From: Candidatus Saccharimonadota bacterium
GTDB taxonomy: Bacteria; Patescibacteriota; Saccharimonadia; Saccharimonadales; UBA4665
Assembly: GCA_963716945.1 (NCBI GenBank)
Contig: OY970322.1
Coordinates: 510,001-542,000, forward strand
Length of the DNA: 32,000 bases
Direction: 5' to 3'
The notes beneath the pieces were generated by a model, which saw nothing but the letters and a program-made list of their open reading frames with translations, ran no database searches and was not told where the DNA came from. Shown one piece after another: positions 8,796 to 15,228 of the stretch (positions are counted from its first letter, which is position 1; every line of letters begins with the position of its first letter). The translations under genes were made by a program, and so were the position numbers.

Positions 8796-8804
8796 TGATA
8801 TAAT
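8796..8804 (+). promoter_or_regulatory. Possible extended -10 promoter TGaTATAAT upstream of mraY
   Basis: TG at 8796-8797 and TATAAT at 8799-8804, directly followed by AAAACAAAAA; ATG at 8823. Confidence 0.4.
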
Positions 8805-8822
8805 AAAACAAAAATCACACCT

Positions 8823-9863
8823 ATGAACAACACCTTGCACCTAGCCATCACTACCCACAACCTGACCCGAATATTGTCATTAGGTTTTTTGGGCTTCGCC
8901 CTGAGTATGCTGATTACCCCCATCTACACGACGCTGGCTTACAAGAACGAGTGGTGGAAGCGCCAGCGGACCGACGCCTGGTCCGGGGGCAAGGCTACGG
9001 TTTATGCCAAGCTTCATGCGGCTAAGCACAAACGCAATATACCGACTATGGCCGGCCTTATTTTCGTGCTGGCCATCGCTTTAGTGACACTGGTTGCTAA
9101 TCTGAACCGCGGCCAAACCTGGCTGCCGCTGGCCGGTCTCGCAGCCGCGGCCGCTATCGGCTTGGTTGATGATGCCATGAACATCCGAAGCAGCGGCGGG
9201 GTGGCCGGCATGCGGGCCCGCACCAAATTTGCCCTCTATAGCGTGGTGGTCTTAATCGGCGGCTGGTGGTTTTACGAGAAGCTGGGCGTGCGCTCCATCT
9301 ATTTGCCGGGAGTCCACCAGTGGCATATAGGCGTATTGGTAATCGCGCTGTTTTGGCTGGTCGTAATTTCAACTGCTATATCGGTTAATTTCAGCGACGG
9401 CCTAGACGGTCTGGCCGGCGGCTTGCTGACCTCGTCGTTTACGGCCTACGCCGTTATCGCCGCCGTCGAGCACAAGTTCGCCTTATCCGGTTTCTGCCTG
9501 ACGGTTGTCGGCACGCTGCTAAGCTACACCTGGTTCAACATCTATCCGGCCCGGTTTTTCATGGGCGACACGGGTTCCTTCGCGCTGGGCACGGCGCTGG
9601 GTATCATAGCTTTACAAACCGATACGATCTATCTGTTGCCGGTTATCGGCGCGGTTTACGTGGTCGAAACCGGCTCGGTAATCATTAACCGGACGTCGCG
9701 CAAGCTGCGCAACGGCAAGAAAGTTTTCTTATCTTCGCCGATCCACCACCATTTCGAGGCTATCGGCTGGCCCGAAACCAAAGTCACGATGCGTTTTTGG
9801 ATTCTAGGTCAGGTAGCCAGTGTGCTGGGCCTGATTATTTTCTTAATGAGCGGGCAGCACTAA
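8823..9863 (+). CDS. mraY: Phospho-N-acetylmuramoyl-pentapeptide transferase MraY
   Basis: VDDAMN, NFSDGLDGLAGG, FMGDTGS and PIHHHFE motifs; polytopic membrane protein. Confidence 0.95.
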   Translation: MNNTLHLAITTHNLTRILSLGFLGFALSMLITPIYTTLAYKNEWWKRQRTDAWSGGKATVYAKLHAAKHKRNIPTMAGLIFVLAIALVTLVANLNRGQTWLPLAGLAAAAAIGLVDDAMNIRSSGGVAGMRARTKFALYSVVVLIGGWWFYEKLGVRSIYLPGVHQWHIGVLVIALFWLVVISTAISVNFSDGLDGLAGGLLTSSFTAYAVIAAVEHKFALSGFCLTVVGTLLSYTWFNIYPARFFMGDTGSFALGTALGIIALQTDTIYLLPVIGAVYVVETGSVIINRTSRKLRNGKKVFLSSPIHHHFEAIGWPETKVTMRFWILGQVASVLGLIIFLMSGQH

Positions 9864-9864
9864 T

Positions 9865-11103
9865 ATGCGGCCGTCGGTAACGGGGCCAAGGCGACGTTCG
9901 CAGGTATTGTCGGCCGAATTAAATTTGGGCCGCAAGCACCGGCCCGACTATTGGCTATTGATCTGGTGCGCCGCTTTGCTGGCTATCGGCCTGGTGGTCG
10001 TTTATGCCATCAGCCCGGCTCTGAGTGCCTCCAACCACGTCAGCGGCAACTACTATGTCACGAAACAATTGCTGGCTATCGGCCTCAGCCTGGTGGCCTT
10101 TTTAATCACTGCCAGGATACCGCTTAAATGGTGGAGGCAAGCCTATAAGCCGCTGCTGTTCGCGGCCGGTCTGGCGACCTTGCTGGCCATGGTCCTGCCG
10201 GTTAACCCGTCTTATCCGGCCCACCGCTGGGTACGCTTAGGCAGCTTCTCGTTCCAGTCGGTTGAACTGGTCAAGTTCGCGATCATGGTGTGGCTGGCCG
10301 GATTTTTGGCCGAACGGATTAGGCAGGGGACTATCACGAACAGCCGGTTGACGCTTAGGCCGATTCTGGTGGCCCTCGGGATTGTCAGCGTCATCATAGT
10401 GGGCGTCCAGAGCGACCTTGGCTCGGCCGGCGTGATGATTGCCATGATGGCTACGATGGCCTACGTTGCGGGTTTGCCGCTGGGGCGGATCATACTTATC
10501 GGCAGCGGCGTGCTCTTGATGCTGGTATTGGCCGTTTATGTTACGCCTTACCGCCGAGACCGGCTCGAGAGTTTCTTGCATCCGGGTTCCAACTGCCAAA
10601 GCAGCGGTTATCAGGCCTGCCAGGCCTTGATAGCCGTCGGTTCGGGCGGGACGATCGGCCTCGGTCTGGGCAGCAGCGTTCAGGCGTACGGTTACTTGCC
10701 GGAGGCCGCCAACGACTCGATTTTTGCTATTTATGCCGAGAAATTCGGATTTGTCGGCAGCGTCATCCTGCTGGGTGTGTTCGTGGCCTTTTTCACGCGC
10801 CTGAAAAGCATTGCCGAGCGTTTGCCGGATGATTTCAGCCGTTTGCTGGTTATCGGCGTCCTAGCGTGGCTGAGCGTCCAAACGTTCATTAATGTCGGCG
10901 CCATGATCGGCCTATTGCCGCTGAAGGGCATTACCTTGCCATTTATCAGTTACGGCGGTACCAGCGTGGTATTCGCGGCCGCGGCCGTCGGGCTGGCGTT
11001 TCAGGCGTCGCAGTACGCCGCCTACAATACCCCGCGCCTGGTTGATGAAACGGCTGCCCGGCGCGGCCTGCTCGACAATACGCCGCGGAGGACCAGCTAT
11101 TGA
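9865..11103 (+). CDS. ftsW: SEDS-family lipid II flippase / peptidoglycan polymerase FtsW
   Basis: ~10 TM segments. SEDS signatures (QSDLGSA, EAANDSIFA, LPLKGITLPFISYGGTS). Starts 1 nt after the mraY stop. Confidence 0.9.
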   Translation: MRPSVTGPRRRSQVLSAELNLGRKHRPDYWLLIWCAALLAIGLVVVYAISPALSASNHVSGNYYVTKQLLAIGLSLVAFLITARIPLKWWRQAYKPLLFAAGLATLLAMVLPVNPSYPAHRWVRLGSFSFQSVELVKFAIMVWLAGFLAERIRQGTITNSRLTLRPILVALGIVSVIIVGVQSDLGSAGVMIAMMATMAYVAGLPLGRIILIGSGVLLMLVLAVYVTPYRRDRLESFLHPGSNCQSSGYQACQALIAVGSGGTIGLGLGSSVQAYGYLPEAANDSIFAIYAEKFGFVGSVILLGVFVAFFTRLKSIAERLPDDFSRLLVIGVLAWLSVQTFINVGAMIGLLPLKGITLPFISYGGTSVVFAAAAVGLAFQASQYAAYNTPRLVDETAARRGLLDNTPRRTSY

Positions 11104-12266
11104 AAACCATAGCCCTGACCGGCGCCGGTTCCGGCGGTCACATCACGCCGATCCTGGCCGTAGCCGCGGAAATTAAACGCCTGCAGCCCGGCACACGCTT
11201 GGTTTATATCGGCCAGCGCGGCGACAAACTCGGCGACATCCCGGCCCGGCACCCGGCAATTGACCGGGTTTACACCGTCAGGGCAGGCAAGTTCCGCCGC
11301 TACCACGGTGAAGGCTTTAAGCAACTGCTGGACCTCCCGACCTGGTTTAAGAATATCCGCGATTTTTTCTATGTGCTAATCGGTCTTTACCAGAGCCGGC
11401 GGCTGCTGCGGGAGCTTCGGCCGGAGGTAATTTTCATCAAGGGCGGTTTTGTAGGCGTGCCGGTCGGTTTGGCCGCTGCCAGCTTGCGTCTGCCTTATAT
11501 AACTCACGACTCCGACGCCATACCCGGTTTGGCCAACCGTATCATCGCCCATTGGGCCGCCAAACATGCCGTGGCTCTGCCGGCCGCAGCCTATGATTAC
11601 CCCGAGTCCAAGACCGTCATGACGGGTATCCCGCTGCAGGCCGATTTTGTGCCGGTAACCTCGGCGCTCAAGATTAAATACAGGGATAAATTGAAAATTT
11701 CCCATGAGTCCAAGGTACTCTTCGTCATCGGCGGCGGCCTAGGCTCAAGAACCGTCAATGAAGCCGTAGCAGCCGCCGTGCCGCACTTGTTGAGGGAATT
11801 CCCGGACCTGATAGTCATCCACGGCGCCGGCCGGGCTAACGAAAGCCAGGTCCAAGCTGTTTATGAAGCTAAATTATCGCCGGCAGAGCAGGGCAGACTG
11901 CAGGTCCGGGGCTATATCGATGACGTTTACCGCTATAGCGGGGCGGCTGACATTATTATTACCAGGGCAGGGGCGACTAATCTGGCCGAGTTCGCGCTCC
12001 AGGGCAAGGCCTGCATCGTCGTGCCGAGTCCGTTTTTGGCCGGCGGCCACCAACTCGAGAACGCCCGGTACCTGGAAGAGCAGGGGGCGGCTTTGGTTTT
12101 GAGCGAAACCGACCTGGCAGCCGATCCGAACCGGTTGGCCACCCAAGCCAGCAAGCTGCTAAAACATACGGAGCAGCAGCGTGAATTGGGCAAGCGGCTA
12201 GCCAAATTCGCCAAACCCGACGCCGCCGCCGAGCTGGCCCGTTTAATCTTGGATGAGGCATCATGA
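11100..12266 (+). CDS. murG: UDP-GlcNAc:lipid I N-acetylglucosaminyltransferase MurG
   Basis: TTG start overlapping the ftsW stop (TTGA). GAGSGGHITP G-loop, GGGLGSR, and C-terminal HQLENARYL. Confidence 0.9.
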   Translation: MKTIALTGAGSGGHITPILAVAAEIKRLQPGTRLVYIGQRGDKLGDIPARHPAIDRVYTVRAGKFRRYHGEGFKQLLDLPTWFKNIRDFFYVLIGLYQSRRLLRELRPEVIFIKGGFVGVPVGLAAASLRLPYITHDSDAIPGLANRIIAHWAAKHAVALPAAAYDYPESKTVMTGIPLQADFVPVTSALKIKYRDKLKISHESKVLFVIGGGLGSRTVNEAVAAAVPHLLREFPDLIVIHGAGRANESQVQAVYEAKLSPAEQGRLQVRGYIDDVYRYSGAADIIITRAGATNLAEFALQGKACIVVPSPFLAGGHQLENARYLEEQGAALVLSETDLAADPNRLATQASKLLKHTEQQRELGKRLAKFAKPDAAAELARLILDEAS

Positions 12267-13201
12267 GGCTACGCCGTGCCGCATCGGAACCGACCCGTCG
12301 CCAGAAGCTTCGCAGCGAAGACCTGTCCAAGCAGCCCTCGGCTTTCGCATATAGAGCCCGGCGCTCGGATGCGGAACGCGGTACCGGCCGCCAGCTTTCA
12401 GGCGTGCCTATAGGCCAGCCGGTGCCGGCTGTCCGGCATTTGGGCCGGTTCTGGTTGCAGCGGGCCGGCCTGATTATTTTGCTGTTGGCAATTCTGGCTT
12501 CGGCCGTCAACGTGCTGAGCCTTTCAACTGATGCCAAGGTGTTGCCCCTGACGACGGCGGCCAACCAAGGCCTGCTCAGGAACAAGACGGTTTATGAGGC
12601 CGCGGCCAGCCAGCAACTGGGCAGTTCGATCTGGAACCGCAACAAAATCACTATCGATACTGCCCGCCTAAGCCGCGGCTTGATGACCCAGTTTCCGGAG
12701 TTGAGCAGCGTCAGTGTCACTATTCCGCTGTTGGCCCATCGGCCGCTGGTTTATGTCGAAGCCGCCCAGCCGGCCCTGATATTATCGACCGACAACGGTG
12801 CTTTTATAATTGATACCACCGGCAAGGCGCTGGTTAGCAGCAGCAGTCCGGCCGGTCTAAACCAACCCGATTTGCCGATTATAACGGATCAAAGCGGGCT
12901 GCGCATCCAAACCAATCACCAGGCTTTGCCCACGGCTGACATAAGCTTCGTCCAGACCGTTATCACGGAACTGGCGGCCAAGCAGCTTAGCGTGTCGGCT
13001 ATGACCTTGCCGGCTGCCGCCAGCGAGCTGGACGTGCACATCAGCGGCCAGCCATATTTCGTTAAGTTTAACCTTGAGAACAATGACCCGAGAGAGCAGG
13101 CGGGGACTTTCCTGGCGACCATAAACCAGCTGCACCGCCAGAACGTCACGCCTAGCCAATATGTCGACGTTCGCGTCGACGGCCGGGCCTATTATAAGTG
13201 A
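12263..13201 (+). CDS. ftsQ: FtsQ/DivIB-like cell division protein
   Basis: ATGA overlap with murG. Basic N-terminus, one TM (LIILLLAILASAVNVL), a POTRA-like region, and an FtsQ-type C-terminus (YVDVRVDGRAYYK). Confidence 0.65.
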   Translation: MRLRRAASEPTRRQKLRSEDLSKQPSAFAYRARRSDAERGTGRQLSGVPIGQPVPAVRHLGRFWLQRAGLIILLLAILASAVNVLSLSTDAKVLPLTTAANQGLLRNKTVYEAAASQQLGSSIWNRNKITIDTARLSRGLMTQFPELSSVSVTIPLLAHRPLVYVEAAQPALILSTDNGAFIIDTTGKALVSSSSPAGLNQPDLPIITDQSGLRIQTNHQALPTADISFVQTVITELAAKQLSVSAMTLPAAASELDVHISGQPYFVKFNLENNDPREQAGTFLATINQLHRQNVTPSQYVDVRVDGRAYYK

Positions 13202-13882
13202 AGCCCCTGTTCCGCTACCCCGCTAGTTCGCTATTTGTTCAATTTATCTAAGTCCGTCCAAGCCACAAAAAACTATATAAACATACACAATAGGGCAAAA
13301 GTCAAATTTTCATAATTTAGGCGGCAGGACAGGGCAGTAAGTAATTTGCAATAAACCGGCAGAAAAGCAATAGTTTCACGGCAATACTGTGGAAAAGTCA
13401 AATAGCGTATCGCCGCCGACCGAAACACTACGCCCGAGGGAGCAGCCTTAGGGCCGCTGCAAGCCTATAGCCAGCGTTAGAAACGAAGAGTATTCTAGCG
13501 GACACGAAGTACGCATTAAAGAAACTGCACGCGGCAGGCATACCGGCCCAATACTCCCCTGCAGCAGGGGTATACGAACCCATCTATTAATCATATATTG
13601 CAGTCGCAAAATATACATTGTACGACATCATGTCTATGGCCCGATGGGCTGCTCTGCTGCCATGCCCGGCCCGATATTTTTAGCAGCACCGCCGGCTTTT
13701 AAATTTATTTATGGCTGCTGCTCTGCTACGCTCTGCCGTTCGTAAATATGCGGCCTGGCGTTAAGCCTGCTTCAGGTCGGATTAGCAAGTTCTTGTTCGT
13801 ATTTTGTATATTTATATGGCCGGCGTGAAAATCTAGATTATGCCTAGAGTCTGGCTTCCGGAATGAATTAAGTAAGCCCTGC

Positions 13883-14923
13883 TTACTCCGAGAGAGCGTA
13901 GGTGGCTTTGGCGACGCGCTTGAACTGCGGCTTACCCTGGAGGTTCAGGAGGATAGTCGTCTCTTTGACGAAGCGGCTCTTGAGGACGCGCTTGACGATT
14001 TCGTCGCGGTGCAACGGCTCGTTGGCTTCGCGCAGAACTTCGCTGATGATGTCGGCCACGGTACCCTTCTCATAGCCCCATTCTTTGAGGGCGTAGATGC
14101 CTCGACCGATGAGGACGAAGCGCTTGTCTTTGATCAGCTCATTGTGGATGGCCTGGGTGGTGACGTCCTTGCGCTTGAAGTCGCTATCTTTGATGGCGGC
14201 GGCAATCTCGTTAAAGTGCATGTGCTTGCCGTTCTCCTTGAGGATGACGTAAATCTTGTCGCGGATATTCTTCGGATTGACCATCGGCCACTTAATCAGG
14301 CCCCAGCGGCCGTTAAGGGTGGCCAGGTGCTTGGAAGTGCTGGCCAAAGCGGCTGCCTGTTTGGGGTCGGCAATGTTGGCGGCTTTGGCGATATGCTCAA
14401 TGGTCTGAGGTTCGCCGATCTGCTTGATCGTGTCGATCAGGCTGTTGACGCGGGCTTTGAGGGCCTTCTCGTCATAGACGGACTTGATACCGACGCTGTA
14501 ATAGAAGTTGTCATCTTCCTGGACGACTGATAATTCCGGCGACAGCTGGCTCAGGAAAGCTACGCGGGCCTGCTCTTCGCGGCTAGGCTTATCACTGAGG
14601 CTGGCGGTCAGCTTGCTGACGCGGGCAACCCCGCCCGACTCCTGCAATAGCTCCAGAATCCTGGCCTGGAAGTCAGCGATATGCGGCAACCCGCCCTGCT
14701 CGGCCGTGCTGCGCAAACGAGTTACGACGGCTTTTTCCAGCTGGCGCACCCGCTCCCTTGTGATGCCAAGCATTTCACCGATCTGCTCCAGGGTTTCCTT
14801 GCGGTCGAACAGGCCGAAACGGCGGGCGACGATTTCCCTTTCGCGCTCGCGCTCGATGGTGGCCAGAACGTCGTTAGCAAGTTGCTCGGTCTGGAGTTGG
14901 GTGGCAGGTGCAGGTTGCGCCAT
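13883..14923 (-). CDS. Sigma-70 region-4 HTH plus C-terminal HARE-HTH (RNAP delta-like) domain protein
   Basis: N-terminal ARRFGL...TLEQIGEMLGITRERVRQLEKAVVTRLR is a sigma region-4 HTH. C-terminal HFNEIAAAIK...IHNELIKDKRFVLIGRGIYALKEWGY resembles HARE-HTH. SD AGGAAAG and a consensus promoter lie upstream. Confidence 0.7.
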   Translation of the reverse strand: MAQPAPATQLQTEQLANDVLATIEREREREIVARRFGLFDRKETLEQIGEMLGITRERVRQLEKAVVTRLRSTAEQGGLPHIADFQARILELLQESGGVARVSKLTASLSDKPSREEQARVAFLSQLSPELSVVQEDDNFYYSVGIKSVYDEKALKARVNSLIDTIKQIGEPQTIEHIAKAANIADPKQAAALASTSKHLATLNGRWGLIKWPMVNPKNIRDKIYVILKENGKHMHFNEIAAAIKDSDFKRKDVTTQAIHNELIKDKRFVLIGRGIYALKEWGYEKGTVADIISEVLREANEPLHRDEIVKRVLKSRFVKETTILLNLQGKPQFKRVAKATYALSE

Positions 14924-14959
14924 ATGCTTACTTCTTTCCTTATCTATAAATTTAGATGT

Positions 14960-14988
14960 ATTATAAAACTTATAATTTTAAAAGTCAA
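14960..14988 (-). promoter_or_regulatory. Consensus sigma70 promoter TTGACT-N17-TATAAT
   Basis: On the minus strand, TTGACT is at 14988-14983 and TATAAT at 14965-14960 with a 17-nt spacer. It lies 36 nt upstream of ATG 14923. Confidence 0.7.
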
Positions 14989-15119
14989 TACTTTTTGGTC
15001 TTATAACGTATTGTAGCACATTCATGACAATCGTGCATACTAGATGTTGTAGAAATATTACCATGCCACGGGCTGTGCCGGCTAGCAAATAACAGTTTAA
15101 AAAGCCGGGCTCACAGGGC

Positions 15120-15210
15120 TGGCAAGGCAGTGGAAAAGCGGTCCGAGGATTGTCTAAGGAGCCCGTCAGGGCGACGAGTCCCGCAGGACCGCTTTTCCAC
15201 TGCCTTGCCA
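15120..15210. repeat. 25-bp perfect inverted repeat with a 41-nt loop, immediately downstream of topA; possible terminator without a U-tract
   Basis: 15120-15144 (TGGCAAGGCAGTGGAAAAGCGGTCC) is the exact reverse complement of 15186-15210. A second, imperfect hairpin lies at 15066-15120. Confidence 0.5.
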
Positions 15211-15228
15211 CCACATAACTGGGGCGGT

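Noticed and set aside
13102-13115. The minus strand reads CCAGGAAAGUCCCC, resembling the RNase P RNA CR-I (GAGGAAAGUCCGGGC)
   Set aside because: It lies inside the conserved C-terminal coding region of ftsQ (QAGTFLATINQL). No other RNase P conserved regions are nearby.
13630-13764. Two 17-codon mini-ORFs (MSMARWAALLPCPARYF at 13630-13683, MAAALLRSAVRKYAAWR at 13711-13764) in the 680-bp gap
   Set aside because: Neither has an SD or a leaderless-type promoter. Their similarity comes from the GCTGCTCTGCT DNA repeat. The evidence is insufficient to call either one a gene.
13797-13819. AT-rich TGTATA-centred segment (TTCGTATTTTGTATATTTATATGG) considered as a dif/Xer site at a convergent junction
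   Set aside because: The flanking arms are not inverted-repeat related and do not match the conserved XerD arm (TTATGTnAA) as I remember it.
15120-15210. Possibility that the 25-bp hairpin is the small SRP (4.5S) RNA
   Set aside because: SRP RNA helix 8 has conserved internal loops and a GGAA-type tetraloop with a GUCAGGUCCGGAAGGAAGCAGC-like sequence. Here the stem is perfectly paired and the 41-nt loop shares only GUCAGG.
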